A DNA stretch of 64,000 nt from Macrostomum lignano (GCA_002269645.1 NIVC01000763.1:186001-250000); one strand, 5' to 3'. Counted from the stretch's first letter, positions 12,817 through 27,293 are shown. The notes: generated by a model not told the origin, from the sequence alone. Numbers and translations are program-made.

Positions 12817-14463
12817 CGAGCAGTGATCACATCACACACACTAAACGGTGAGCAGTGATCACATCACACACACTAAACGGTGAGCAGTGATCACATCACA
12901 CACATTAAACGGTGAGCAGTGATCACATCACACACACTAAACGGTGAGCAGTGATCACATCACACACACTAAACTGTGAGCAGTGATCACATCACACACA
13001 CTAAACGGTGAGCAGTGATCACATCACACACACTAAACGGTGAGCAGTGATCACATCACACACACTAAACGGTGAGCAGTGATCACATCACACACACTAA
13101 ACTGTGAGCAGTGATCACATCACACACACTAAACGGTGAGCAGTGATCACATCACACACACTAAACTGTGAGCAGTGATCACATCACACACACTAAACGG
13201 TGAGCAGTGATCACATCACACACACTAAACGGTGAGCAGTGATCACATCACACACACTAAACTGTGAGCAGTGATCACATCACACACACTAAACGGTGAG
13301 CAGTGATCACATCACACACACTAAACTGTGAGCAGTGATCACATCACACACACTAAACTGTGAGCAGTGATCACATCACACACACTAAACTGTGAGCAGT
13401 GATCACATCACACACACTAAACTGTGAGCAGTGATCACATCACACACATTAAACGGTGAGCAATGATCACATCACACACATTAAACGGTGAGCAATGATC
13501 ACATCACACACATTAAACGGTGAGCAGTGATCACATCACACACACTAAACGGTGAGCAGTGATCACATCACACACACTAAACTGTGAGCAGTGATCACAT
13601 CACACACACTAAACTGTGAGCAGTGATCACATCACACACACTAAACGGTGAGCAGTGATCACATCACACACACTAAACTGTGAGCAGTGATCACATCACA
13701 CACACTAAACGGTGAGCAGTGATCACATCACACACACTAAACTGTGAGCAGTGATCACATCACACACACTAAACGGTGAGCAGTGATCACATCACACACA
13801 CTAAACTGTGAGCAGTGATCACATCACACACACTAAACGGTGAGCAGTGATCACACACATTAAACAGTGAGCAGTGATCACACACATTAAACGGTGAGCA
13901 ATGATCACATCACACACATTAAACGGTGAGCAATGATCACATCACACACATTAAACGGTGAGCAGTGATCACATCACACACACTAAACTGTGAGCAATGA
14001 TCACATCACACACACTAAACGGTGAGCAGTGATCACATCACACACACTAAACTGTGAGCAGTGCTCACATCACACACACTAAACTGTGAGGAGTGATCAA
14101 CATCACACACAATAAACGGTGAGCAGTGAGCACACAAATTAAATGGTGAACACTGAGCACACAAATTAAATGGTGAGTAGTGAGCACACACACTAAACGG
14201 TGAGCAGTGAACACACATATTAAACGGTGAGCAATGATCACATCACACACATTAAACGGTGAGCAATGATCACATCACACACATTAAACAGTGAGCAATG
14301 ATCACATCACACACATTAAACAGTGAGCAATGATCACATCACACACATTAAACAGTGAGCAATGATCACATCACACACATTAAACAGTGAGCAATGATCA
14401 CATCACACACACTAAACGGTGAGCAATGATCACATCACACACACTAAACGGTGAGCAGTGAGC
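12817..14463. repeat. 32-bp minisatellite (AAACGGTGAGCAGTGATCACATCACACACACT)n abutting the GPCR exon 1 donor
   Basis: About 50 copies, with some 27-bp deletion variants. Confidence 0.97.
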
Positions 14464-14483
14464 ACGCAGCCTCAAATACTTAC

Positions 14484-14823
14484 CTGTTAACATATCCACA
14501 ATTGCCATGGCCAGAAGAATGATATTAGTGGGACTAATCATGTGCTTCCTCGTGAGCACAATGCAGATTAGCAGATTAGTAACCAGGGAAATGAGTATCA
14601 CAGGCGGTGCCAAGTAGGTGTTTAGCAGTACCCTGAGCACATCCTTGCTGCTCCGGCCTTCCCAAGAGGTATTAGTGGGGATCTCGTGTTGCAGAGTGCA
14701 AAATCCGTTGACTGACACGTTTAACTCGGCGAACTCCTGGCCTTTGTACCACAGGTGGTAATCACGGGACAGGTCTGCCGGCAGCTGGGGGATGCAGGCG
14801 CAGATGGTGCTGCAGGTTAGCAT
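14484..14823 (-). CDS. SPR/MIP-like GPCR, exon 1 (N-terminus, TM1-TM2)
   Basis: ATG at 14823; LVTNLLICIVLTRKHMISPTNIILLAMAIVDMLTG; donor ACAG|gtaagt phase 1 joins exon 2 in frame; total CDS 1368 nt (455 aa); 7.7-kb intron 1. Confidence 0.85.
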
Positions 14824-14867
14824 GCTGCTGGTTACCGGGTTCTGCAAAGATAGGAGAGATTGATGAC

Positions 14868-15315
<448 letters not shown>

Positions 15316-15697
15316 TCTGTCTGCTACAATTTAACAGATTGGCCTTGACAGAAATCCGACAGCTACTCGATTCTCAGCCTCAATGCTATTCCTTGCCGCG
15401 TTGCACCTGAAGAAACTCGAAACTGCAGTAGAATTTCAATCAGTTCAGACAGCGAATCCCTCCTAAGCCACTGGGATGAAGCTCCCCATGTCTTAATCGG
15501 CTTTCCTGTCACGCGTCAGACTCAATTTCAGTTTTCTTTTTGAAATTAAAATATGAAAATTTCGCTGTAAATGATTAACCACTGAGGCCGGCTTCGGAGA
15601 ATCTCAAGAGCGACATGCTTTGGTGTCTGCAGATTTCTTGAAATGCTCTTCAACTGTTCTCTTCTTTGCGGGCTTGATACACTTCATTCCTGGCGTT

Positions 15698-16605
15698 GGC
15701 TAGACTAGCAATCCATTCTATTCCTGACTTTGACTAGATTAGCAATTCGTTCTATTCCTGACTTTGACTAGATTAGCAATCCATTCTATTCCTGACTTTG
15801 ACTAGACTAGCAATCCATTCTATTCCTGACTTTGACTAGATTAGCAATCCATTCTATTCCTGACTTTGACTAGATTAGCAATCCATTCTATTCCTGACTT
15901 TGACTAGATTAGCAATCCATTCTATTCCTGACTTTGACTAGATTAGCAATCCATTCTATTCCTCACTTTGACTAGACTAGCAATCCATTCTATTCCTCAC
16001 TTTGACTAGATTGGCAATCCATTCTATTCCTGACTTTGACTAGATTAGCAATCCGTTCTATTCCTCACTTTGACTAGATTAGCAATCCGTTCTATTCCTG
16101 ACTTTGACTAGATTAGCAATCCGTTCTATTCCTCACTTTGACTAGATTAGCAATCCATTCTATTCCTCACTTTGACTAGATTAGCAATCCATTCTATTCC
16201 TCACTTTGACTAGATTAGCAATCCATTATATTCCTGACTTTGACTAGATTAGCAATCCATTCTATTCCTGACTTTGACTAGATTAGCAATCCATTCTATT
16301 CCTGACTTTGACTAGATTAGCAATCCGTTCTATTCCTGACTTTGACTAGATTAGCAATCCATTCTATTCCTGACTTTGACTAGATTAGCAATCCATTCTA
16401 TTCCTGACTTTGACTAGATTAGCAATCCGTTCTATTCCTGACTTTGACTAGATTAGCAATCCATTCTATTCCTCACTTTGACTAGACTAGCAATCCATTC
16501 TATTCCTCACTTTGACTAGACTAGCAATCCATTCTATTCCTGACTTTGACTAGATTAGCAATCCATTCTATTCCTCACTTTGACTAGATTAGCAATCCAT
16601 TCTAT
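15698..16605 (-). repeat. 34-bp minisatellite (CTTTGACTAGATTAGCAATCCATTCTATTCCTGA)n related to the 42-bp family, inverted
   Basis: Reverse complement shares the 25-bp core GGAATAGAATGGATTGCTAATCTAG with the 42-mer. Confidence 0.95.
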
Positions 16606-16896
16606 TGTTTCATTTTGCAAAATTTCAGACAGAGCAGGAAATTAGAAGAAACTGTTTCAAACTTACATTCACTCGCTGATCGCAGGCCAAAGAGATGTCC
16701 TCAACTTATTATCGAGAGTTAAGTTATTAGCGAGAAAGAAGACAGGACAGGCAACTGGTGCTTCTTCCGGGAGCCAATTGAATTTTCTGGCATTTGCCAT
16801 TGGTTGGTCCGCGAATTGGGGCACATGGCGATGTGTACTTTCGTGCTCCAGACTTTAGGCGGGCATTTTGTTGCCCTGTAACCCATGGTTGCCGCT

Positions 16897-18487
16897 ATAC
16901 TGACACAATTTCTAATCCAACTGACACAATTTCTGATCCTACTGACACATTTTCTGGTTATACTGGCACAATTTCTGATCCTACTGACACAATTTCTGGT
17001 TATACTGACACAATTTCTAATCCTACCCACACAATTTCTGATGCTACTGACACAATTTCTGATCCTACTGACACAATTTGTAACCCTACTGACACATTTT
17101 CTAACCCTACTGACACAATTTCTGATCCTACTGACACAATTTCTGATCCTACTGACACATTTTCTAATCCTACTGACACAATTTCTAATCCAACTGACAC
17201 AATTTCTGATCCTACTGACACATTTTCTGGTTATACTGGCACAATTTCTGATCCTACTGACACAATTTCTGGTTATACTGACACAATTTCTAATCCTACC
17301 CACACAATTTCTGATGCTACTGACACAATTTCTGATCCTACTGACACAATTTGTAACCCTACTGACACAATTTCTAACCCTACTGACACAATTTCTGATC
17401 CTACTGACACAATTTCTGATCCTACTGACACATTTTCTAATCCTACTGACACAATTTCTAATCCTACTGACACAATTTCTGATGCTACTGACACATTTTC
17501 TAATCCTACTGACACAATTTCTAATCCTACTGACACATTTTCTAATCCTACTGACACAATTTCTAATCCTACTGACACAATTTGTAACCCTACTGACACA
17601 ATTTCTAACCCTACTGACACAATTTCTAATAACACCACTATGACCCTACTGACACAAATTCTGATCCTACTGACACAATTTCTAATCCTACTGACACATT
17701 TTCTAATCCTACTGACACAATTTCTAATCCTACTGACACATTTTCTAATCCTACTGACACAATTTCTAATCCTACTGACACAATTTCTGATGCTACTGAC
17801 ACAATTTCTGATCCTACTGACACATTTTCTAATCAGACTGACACAATTTCTAATAACACCACTATGACCCTACTGACACAATTTCTAATAACACCACTAT
17901 GACCCTACTGACACAATTTCTAACCCTACTGACACAATTTCTAATAACACCACTATGACCCTACTGACACAATTTCTAATAACACCACTATGACCCTACT
18001 GACACAATTTCTAACCCTACTGACACAATTTCTAATAACATCACTATGACCCTACTGACACAATTTCTAATAACACCACTATGACCCTACTGACACAATT
18101 TCTGATCCTACTGACACAATTTCTAACCCTACTGACAATTTCTGATCCTACTGACACAATTTCTAATCCTACTGACACAATTTCTAATCCTACTGACACA
18201 ATTTCTAACCCTACTGACACAATTTCTAATCCTACTGACACAATTTCTAACCCTACTGACACAATTTCTAATCCTACTGACACAATTTCTAACCCTACTG
18301 ACACATTTTCTAACCCTACTAACACAATTTCTGATCCTACTGACACAATTTCTGATCCTACTGACACAATTTCTGATCCTACTGACACAATTTCTGATCC
18401 TACTGACACAATTTCTAACCCTACTAACACAATTTCTAATAACACCACTATGACCCTATTAACACACTTTCTGATCCTACTGACACA
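16897..18487. repeat. 21-bp minisatellite (CTACTGACACAATTTCTAATC)n with a 273-bp higher-order duplication and a 35-bp variant unit
   Basis: Variant CTGGTTATACTGG at 16954 and 17227 (13 units apart); explains the NPTDTIS ORFs. Confidence 0.96.
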
Positions 18488-18817
18488 ACTGCAATCCAAA
18501 AGAAAGTGCTGTTTGTCCCTAGCTGGGCCATTTCTCAATCTCAGGAAAAATGATGGAACGCATCCAATTTCTTGTAATGGAAATTCCAGATTTCACCAGT
18601 GCCTGGCTCCGTGTTTTTGTATCGGTCACGCACTGCAGCATCCAAGCTGCATCTCATAGCTTTTCAATACGGACTCTGAAGTCATACTGTTGCATTGATT
18701 CATGACCGCAAAAGTTCAAAACATTTTTGCCAATGGCGAATGACTGTCATGTACAGTTTTTAAATAAATTATTTGTTTCTTAATTATCTTGGCTATTATA
18801 TTCTATTCTATTCCTTC

Positions 18818-18926
18818 ATCAGTGATATAGGCTAGATTAGCAATCCATTCTATTCCTTCATCAGTGATTCTGGCTAGATTAGCAATCCATTTTACTCCCT
18901 CATCAGTGATGCTGGCCAGATTAGTA
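18818..18926 (-). repeat. 42-bp minisatellite family, short inverted array C
   Basis: About 2.5 copies, reverse complement of the array A unit. Confidence 0.9.
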
Positions 18927-19369
18927 ATCGATTCTTTGTCATGAAACTTTGCGGCCGAAAACTGAAAGGCCATTTTAATGCAATGAAAAAGCATTTTAAT
19001 TTACAACGCTCATTGTTCTCGGATTTAAAGATGTTAAAATGCCATTTTCAGTGATAGTCGGCTGCAGTAGCTGTGTACGGAAATCCATTAAGCTGATTGC
19101 TTCTGTCGGTACTGCACCTTTTGATTTGCTTAAATCGGTTTAATTAAAACCCGGGCACTCTACCGGCTGTTGAAATCAACAAGTGCCGGGGCCTGAAGCA
19201 GCCTCCCGGACTGCAGTTTCCATATTTGGAAGTGTCATAATGTCTCTCCGTCGAAATTCTAAGCTGAAATCAAAAAAGCGATTTTTCTCCAGAACAATGA
19301 AAATTGATGCCTGTCATGTGTTATTCGAATTCATCCGCCAGTCAAATGTAAAAATAGCACTTGCTCGAA

Positions 19370-20395
19370 TGTAAATCCGATGTCTATACATGTAAATCGC
19401 ACTGTTAGAATGTTAATATGATGTACTATATATGTAAATCGCACCTGTTAGAATGTCAATATGATGTACTATACATGTAAATCCACCTGTTAGAATGTCA
19501 ATATGATGTACTATACATGTAAATCGCACCTGTTAGAATGTCTATCTGATGTACTATACATGTAAATCGCACCTGTTAGAATGTCAACCTGATGTACTAT
19601 ACATGCAAATCGCACCTGTTAGAAGGTCAATCTGATGTACTATACATGTAAATCGCACCTGTTAGAATGTCTATCTGATGTACTATACATGTAAATCCAC
19701 CTGTTAGAATGTCAACCTGATGTACTATACATGTAAATCGCACCTGTTAGAATGTCAACCTGATGTACTATACATGTAAATCGCACCTGTTAGAATGTCA
19801 ATATGATGTACTATACATGTAAATCGCACCTGTTAGAATGTCAACCTGATGTACTATACATGTAAATCGCACCTGTTAGAATGTCAACCTGATGTACTAT
19901 ACATGTAAATCGCACCTGTTAGAATGTCAATCTGATGTACTATACATGTAAATCGTACCTGTTAGAATGTCAATATGATGTACTATACATGTAAATCCAC
20001 CTGTTAGAATGTCTATCTGATGTACTATACATGTAAATCGTACCTGTTAGAATGTCAATATGATGTACTATACATGTAAATCGCACCTGTTAGAATGTCA
20101 ATCTGATGTACTATACATGTAAATCGTACCTGTTAGAATGTCAATATGATGTACTATACATGTAAATCCACCTGTTAGAATGTCTATCTGATGTACTATA
20201 CATGTAAATCGCACCTGTTAGAATGTCAACCTGATGTACTATACATGCAAATCGCACCTGTTAGAATGTCAACCTGATGTACTATACATGCAAATCGCAC
20301 CTGTTAGAATGTCAACCTTATGTACTATACATGTAAATCGCACCTGTTAGAATGTCAACCTGATGTACTATACATGTAAATCGCACCTGTTAGAA
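19370..20395. repeat. 43-bp minisatellite (TGTAAATCGCACCTGTTAGAATGTCAACCTGATGTACTATACA)n
   Basis: About 23 copies. Confidence 0.97.
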
Positions 20396-21164
20396 GGTCT
20401 ACTTTTAATCCGCATGAAACCACAGCCTAAGTTACCCCACCATTGTTCTCACAAAAATGTAAATGGCACGAATGTAGGAAATTTCCAAGGACTCAAACCA
20501 GCGAACCAAAGAGCTCAATTATTCTCGTGTAGCCCCTCCCCCACAAAGCCTGAATCCGAAAGTCAGGAGCGCACAAACAGCCAAGGCTGTAAATCATGCC
20601 TCCATCGATTAGTGCTTGGCGAAATCTGGCCTCGCACCCCCCCCCTCCGGTCTCGTACGGCACAATGGCAAACTGCAGTGCTGAGTAGATGCCGATGGCA
20701 GCAATTCATCCATTTCTCTATAATTGCGCTTCGCCCCGGGGGGCGGGCCATTGCTCATTCTTAATTCTTTGCCTTCTCCCCAGCTGAGACAGCAAAGCGA
20801 TAAGAAGATTGAAGCTTTGTAGCAAATTATTGTGGCCAGGGACTCCCATCAGTTTCCCGAAAATTGCGTGGTCGCTACGCCAACTGCTGTACCAGACAGG
20901 CTTGTTAGTGAAGCTGGTCACTACTTCAACTTTATCTGAATAGAATTCTCTCTGTACTACTATCAGCAGTAGTATAGTATATTATTATCTCAAAACTAGT
21001 AGTATTGACAAACAACGCAGGATCACTGCTAACTTCTCATGTGGCAATTGAAAAAATGGTTTTTTAGAAAACAGAAAATACTATGACTATAAAAACAGTT
21101 TAACAATAATTTTATCTTAATCTAATAATCTTATCTTAAGATTAATAATCTAATCTTATCTTAA

Positions 21165-21840
21165 CCTACTGACATCTCACCCTACTGACATTTCACCTTA
21201 CTATAATCTTACACTTTTAAAATCTCACCCTACTGACATCTCCTCCTACTGACATCTCACCCTACTGACATCTTACCTTACTGGAATCTTACACTTTTAA
21301 AATCTCACCCTACAGACATCTCACCCAACTGACATCTCACCTTACTGACATCTCACCCAACTGACATCTCACCTTACTGACAACTCACCCTACTGACATC
21401 TTACCTTACTGGAATCTTACACTTTTAAAATCACACCCTACTGACATCTCACCCAACTGACACCTCACCTTACTGACATCTCACCCTACTGACATCTTAC
21501 CTTACTGGAATCTTACACTTTTAAAATCTCACCCTACAGACATCTCACCCAACTGACATCTCACCTTACTGACATCTCACCCAACTGACATCTCACCTTA
21601 CTGACAACTCACCCTACTGACATCTTACCTTACTGGAATCTTACACTTTTAAAATCACACCCTACTGACATCTCACCCAACTGACACCTCACCTTACTGA
21701 CATCTTACCCTACTGACATCTCACCTTACTGACATCTCACCCTACCGACATCTCACACTTCTGACATCCTACCGTACTGATATCTCAGCCCATTAAAATC
21801 TCAGCTCTCTGACATCTCATCCCTCTGAAATCTCACCTCT
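21165..21840. repeat. 16-bp minisatellite (CTGACATCTCACCCTA)n with interspersed CTGGAATCTTACACTTTTAAAAT higher-order block
   Basis: Direct. Confidence 0.93.
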
Positions 21841-22186
21841 CTAGTAGTAATGGATCATAGCAAACATGGAAACAAAACAGTTGAAATTTGTTAAGCAGGC
21901 AAAACACGCATTAAAAGAAGTCAAACACAAATTTTGGCTGAGTATGAAAACTGAATTGCATTATGATTGACAATACAACTATGATCAATGAATAGTTTCT
22001 TTTTATAGTTGTAACAAGTACAATCCAATGACGTACAATAAGATGCAAAATTCGGATATATTAAAACTATGTTTGAAAATACAATTAAATAAAATTTGAC
22101 ACCAAAAAACTACTTTTGCTACTTGTAAGTACGAGCGTTCGAGCAGGTACGAGTAGATGTATCTGCAAGAGGAATGGGCGATTTAA

Positions 22187-23188
22187 GAATCCCATAGACA
22201 TCTAATCAGAATCCCATAGACATCCAATCAGAATCCCATAGACATCTAATCAGAATCCCATAGACATCCAATCAGAATCCCATAGACATCTAATCAGAAT
22301 CCCATAGATATCTAATCAGAATCCCGTAGACATCTAATCATAATCCCATAGACATCCAATCAGAATCCCATAGACATCTAATCAGAATCCCATAGACATC
22401 TAATCAGAATCCCATAGACATCTAATCAGAATCCCATAAACATCTAATCAGAATCCCATAGACATCTAATCAGAATCCCATAGACATCTAATCAGAATGC
22501 CATAGACATCTAATCAGAATCCCATAGACATCTAATCAGAATCCCATAGACATCTAATCAGAATCCCATAGACATCTAATCAGAATCCCATAGACATCTA
22601 ATCAGAATCCTATAGACATCTAATCAGAATCCCATAGACATCTAATCAGAATCCCATAGACATCCAATCAGAATCCCATAGACATCTAATCAGAATCCCA
22701 TAGATATCTAATCAGAATCCCGTAGACATCTAATCATAATCCCATAGACATCCAATCAGAATCCCATAGACATCTAATCAGAATCCCATAGACATCTAAT
22801 CAGAATCCCATAGACATCTAATCAGAATCCCATAAACATCTAATCAGAATCCCATAGACATCTAATCAGAATCCCATAGACATCTAATCAGAATGCCATA
22901 GACATCTAATCAGAATCCCATAGACATCTAATCAGAATCCCATAGACATCTAATCAGAATCCCATAGACATCCAATCAGAATCCCATAGACATCTAATCA
23001 GAATCCTATAGACATCTAATCAGAATCCCATAGACATCTAATCAGAATCCTATAGACATCTAATCAGAATCCCATAGACATCTAATCAGAATCCTATAGA
23101 CATCTAATCAGAATCCCATAGACATCTAATCAGAATCCTATAGACATCTAATCAGAATCCCATAGACATCTAATTAGAATCTCATATC
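22187..23188. repeat. 22-bp minisatellite (GACATCTAATCAGAATCCCATA)n just downstream of the UBE4A stop
   Basis: About 45 copies. Confidence 0.97.
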
Positions 23189-23202
23189 AGAAACACCCCT
23201 CA

Positions 23203-23470
23203 TCACTTTCTCCTTGACGCCAGCCAGTCCCGCACCCGATCGCGCAGGTCGGCGTCCTCAATAATCTCCGACATGGTGAGCGGCTGCCTATTGAACGGGT
23301 CGGTGGGGTCCGACAGCAGGTGGCGCTGAATGGTAGCCCTGTCCACCGTGACCCGCGACGAGGGCAGCACGACCGGGTCTCGCATCAGCGATCCCATTAT
23401 GGGATCCAAGAACTCGTCCGGCGCGTCCTCTGCGCTTTCGTCCTCGGCTTGACGCGCCGCTTCGGCCAGT
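23203..23470 (-). CDS. UBE4A: UBE4A exon 7 (U-box, stop)
   Basis: Acceptor ccctgcgcag|A; [51 protein letters not shown] is a canonical Ufd2 U-box. Confidence 0.95.
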
Positions 23471-23542
23471 CTGCGCAGGGGTAGGGTGGGAGAGCAGAGA
23501 TTAATAGCACTTCACTCACCTGGAAACTTCATATTTTAGGCG

Positions 23543-24285
23543 TCTGACACCCTGAGTCTCCTGACACCTTGAGTTTCCTGACACCTGACACCCCCAACTA
23601 CTGACACCTCCAATCTCCTGACAACTTTTATCTCCTGACACCTCCAGCTTCTGACATCTCCAGCTCCTGACGCCTCCAACTACTGACACCTCTAACTACT
23701 GACACCTCGAGCTCCTGACAATTCCAGCTTCTGACACCTCAAGCTCCTGACGCCTCCAACTACTGACACCTCAAGCTCCTGACGCCTCCAACTACTGACA
23801 CCTCAAACTACTGACACCTCCAACTACTGACACCTCGAGCTCCTGACAATTCCAGCTTCTGATACCTCAAGCTCCTGACGCCTCCAACTACTGACACCTC
23901 AAGCTCCTGACGCCTCCAACTACTGACACCTCAAACTACTGACACCTCCAACTACTGACACCTCCAGCTCCTGACACCTCCAACTCCTGACATCTCCAGC
24001 TCCTGACGCCTCCAACTACTGACATCTCCAGCTCCTGACGCCTCCAACTACTGACACTTCCAGCTCCTGACACCTCCAATCTCCTGACATCTCCAGCTCC
24101 TGACGCCTCCAACTACTCACACCTCCAGCTCCTGACACCTCCAATCTCCTGACACCTCCAATCTCCTGACACCTCCAGCTCCTGACACCTCTAATCTCCT
24201 GACATCCCAATACAAGACACCTCTAAACCCTGACAAGGTTCTGACACGTCCAACTTCCTGACACCTTTAATTCTCTGACACTTAA
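23543..24285. repeat. 16-bp minisatellite (CTGACACCTCCAGCTC)n filling UBE4A intron 6
   Basis: Direct, many variants. Confidence 0.93.
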
Positions 24286-24332
24286 TCCCTTAACAACCCC
24301 CAGAGCCCCTGCACTTCCGGGAGGCAATCTAC

Positions 24333-24731
24333 CTGGCCTGCTCGGCAAACTCGGCAAAAGAATTGGCCAGTCCCGGATCGGCCACCCGTCCGAGCAGCTG
24401 GGCGGCGGACTGCATGAGGCCGGGCGAGTATGACCGGCTGTCCCGCACCACGGCAGACAAGAACGGCTCCCCGCCGCTGCTCAGGTTCACCAGCAGCCGG
24501 CAGATTGAGGCCAGCAGTTCGCGCGGCCGGAACTGATAAGCGGCTTTGTCGCGCACGGTCAGCTCGCTTCGCTTGGGACCGGCCAGGTGGGCCAGGAAGT
24601 AGTTCAGCGTGCCGGCCACTCGGTCGGCCAGCATCGGGTGCAGCAGGACGGACAGGACGTCCGGAGCTTCCGTCAGCAGTTCCAGCGCCTGCAGAGTGTC
24701 CTGGCTGAGCTGGTTGTGAAATCTGGTCAGC
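24333..24731 (-). CDS. UBE4A: UBE4A exon 6
   Basis: aacccgcag|G ... CAG GCC AG|gtaga; RFHNQLSQDT...LADRVAGTLNYFL (Ufd2P core). Confidence 0.93.
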
Positions 24732-24769
24732 CTGCGGGTTGGGGATCGATTTGGGGATGCGGAGTTTAG

Positions 24770-25470
24770 GAGTTCTGAATATGGGGATTTAGGATTAATG
24801 GCTAGGGGATTAACGAGTTCGACTTGGAGAAACTGGTTTTTGCGATGCCGGTTAAAGGATTTGGTAATCGGGGAGGTAGCCCTTAAAGTGTTAAAGAAGC
24901 ATACGGGATTAGGAATTAGGCGTACGGGAATATGAGATCTGGGATCTAGGATTAGTTGATTTGGGATTAGAAGATTGAGGATTAGGGGTTAGGGGTTAAG
25001 GAGTTTGAGATTAGGGTTAGGGGGTTTGGGATTTGGGATAACGGATTAGTGGATTTTGAATTAGGATTTGGGATTAGGGGATTTGGGATTAGGGGATTTC
25101 GGATTAGATTATTTGGGATTAAGGGATTTGTCATTAGGGGATTTGGGATTGGGGTATATGAGATTAGGGGATTTGGGATTAGGGGATTTAAGATTAGGGG
25201 ATTTCGGATTAGGGGATTTCAGATTAGATGATTTAGGATTAGGGGATTTGGGATTAGGGGATTTGGGATTAGGGGATTTAAGATTAGGGGATTTGGCATT
25301 TGGGGATTTGGGATTAGGGTTAAGGTTGATTTGGGATTAGGGTTAAGTGGATTTGGGATTCGGGAATCCAGGATTAGGAGGGCATGGATCAGGGGATTCG
25401 GGATTTGGGTTAGGGGATTGGAATTAGGGGTTAGATCTCAGATTCTGGGTTCAGGGATTTCGGATTCAAG
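24770..25470. repeat. G-rich degenerate 15-bp repeat (GGATTAGGGGATTTG)n filling UBE4A intron 5
   Basis: Direct; includes TTAGGG-like words. Confidence 0.88.
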
Positions 25471-25509
25471 TTAATGATGTGGGGATAAACTAGAGCCATC
25501 GCCCAGCAC

Positions 25510-25937
25510 CTGGCAGTGTGCAGAAACTGGGACTCGGCCTCCTCCCGCTCCCTCTGGCCACCAGCATCGGGCCAGGCGCCGTCCTGCCGTTGAACCTCAA
25601 GGGTTTTCAGCTGGGTCAGGTAGCTCAGCGCCTCGTCCAACAGAAACGTGGCATCGTTGAGCAGCAGATTGAGAAATTTCAGAAACAAAGGCGCCTCGGC
25701 GTCGTCCAGATGCCGCATTGCCTGACGCGCCAGGAGGCACAGGCGGTCGCGGTGAGCTGGCATGGACCAGAGACAGCGCAGCACGGAGTACATGGGTCTG
25801 CGGTAGCTGAACTTCATCTCGAATTGCACCGACTCGCCTGACAGTTCAATGCTGACGAATACGCTTAGGAGAGAGGCCGCCGTCTGCTGCGCCAGCGGGT
25901 GCGAGGCCAGCAGCTGCTCCCTGCGGTGAGTTGGCAC
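25510..25937 (-). CDS. UBE4A: UBE4A exon 5
   Basis: caccaacag|GTG ... GCC AG|gtgct; QFEMKFSYRRPMY and FLKFLNLLLNDATFLLDEAL are UBE4A hallmark motifs. Confidence 0.95.
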
Positions 25938-25939
25938 CT

Positions 25940-26710
25940 GTTGGTGAATGGAATGGGTTTGGTGAATAGTATAAGGTAAAGTGAATATCAAGAAGTTGGT
26001 GAATGGCATAATGGAGCTGGTGAATGGCATAACGGAGTTGGTGAATGGCATAACGGAGTTGGTGAATGGCATAACGGAGTTGGTGAATGGCATAACGGAG
26101 TTGGTGAATGGCATAACGGAGTTGGTGAATGGCATAACGGGTGAATGGCATAACGGAGTTGGTGAATGGCATAACGGGTGAATGGCATAACGGAGTTGGT
26201 GAATGGCATAACGGGTGAATGGCATAACGGAGTTGGTGAATGGCATAACGGAGTTGGTGAATGGCATAACGGGTGAATGGCATAACTGAGCTGGTGAATG
26301 GCATAACGGAGTTGGTGAATGGCATAACTGAGTTGGTGAATGGCATAACTGAGCTGGTGAATGGCATAGCAAAGTTAGTGAATGGCATAACTGAGCTGGT
26401 GAATGGCATAACGGGTGAATGGCATAACGAAGTTGGTGAATGGCATAACGGAGTTGGTGAATGGCATAACGGAGTTGGTGAATGGCATAACGGAGTGGGT
26501 GAATGGCATAACGGAGTTGGTGAATGGCTTAACGGAGTTGGTGAATGGCTTAACGGAGTTGGTGAATGGCATAACGGAGTTGGTGAATGGCATAACGGGT
26601 GAATGGCATAACGGAGTTGGTGAATGGCATAACGGAGTGGGTGAATGGCATAACGGAGTTGGTGAATGGCATAACGGAGTGGGTGAATGGCATAACGGAG
26701 TTGGTGAATG
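25940..26710. repeat. 21-bp minisatellite (GGTGAATGGCATAACGGAGTT)n filling UBE4A intron 4
   Basis: Direct; 16-bp deletion variants. Confidence 0.97.
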
Positions 26711-26715
26711 CACAC

Positions 26716-27267
26716 CTGCGGAGCACCCTCCTCGCTCGGCAGGGGGCACAGGGCGCAGAGGCCCTCGGCCAGACTGGCCCTGAGATGCGGATTGCGCAGC
26801 AGCCTCGGACAGCCCATAAACAGCAGCAGGAAGGTGAACAGCGGCTCCAGCGAATGCGGACACATCTCCAGCATGTCCGGCCGCTGCTGACGGAAGAACA
26901 GGGCGCACTGGACAACGCCTTCAGCCAGCGATTCCGGCAGCCTATGCAGCCACCAGCAGCCATCGCTGCAGGCATCAATGATGCCGTGATTGCCCTCGGG
27001 CAGGCGGCTCCATCTGGTCGGAGCTCCCGGCGCCTCAAGGGTTGGCGCCGGCGCCAATGCGAAGTGCGTGAGCAGGCGCGAGGTAGCCAGCAGGAAGCCT
27101 AGGAGAGGATCCAGCAGAGCTGGCGACCTCAGGCTGGCCCGGTGAGCCAGGTAATGCGCTGTGAGCCGCTCCAGGGCTGCGGTGTGGGAGGCCATGGCCG
27201 GGTGGCCCTGTGGCATCTGCTGGTGCTGCTGCACGGCGTGCTGGAGCCGGCCCAGCTGCTGCTGCAC
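26716..27267 (-). CDS. UBE4A: UBE4A exon 4
   Basis: cacccgcag|GTG ... CCG CAG|gtgtgc; LPESLAEGV and LRNPHLRASLAEGL. Confidence 0.93.
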
Positions 27268-27293
27268 CTGCGGGTGTGAATTCACCTTCAGGT

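Noticed and set aside
12817-14463. Tandem arrays as CRISPR arrays
   Set aside because: Units are head-to-tail with no unique spacers, there are no cas genes, and the context is eukaryotic
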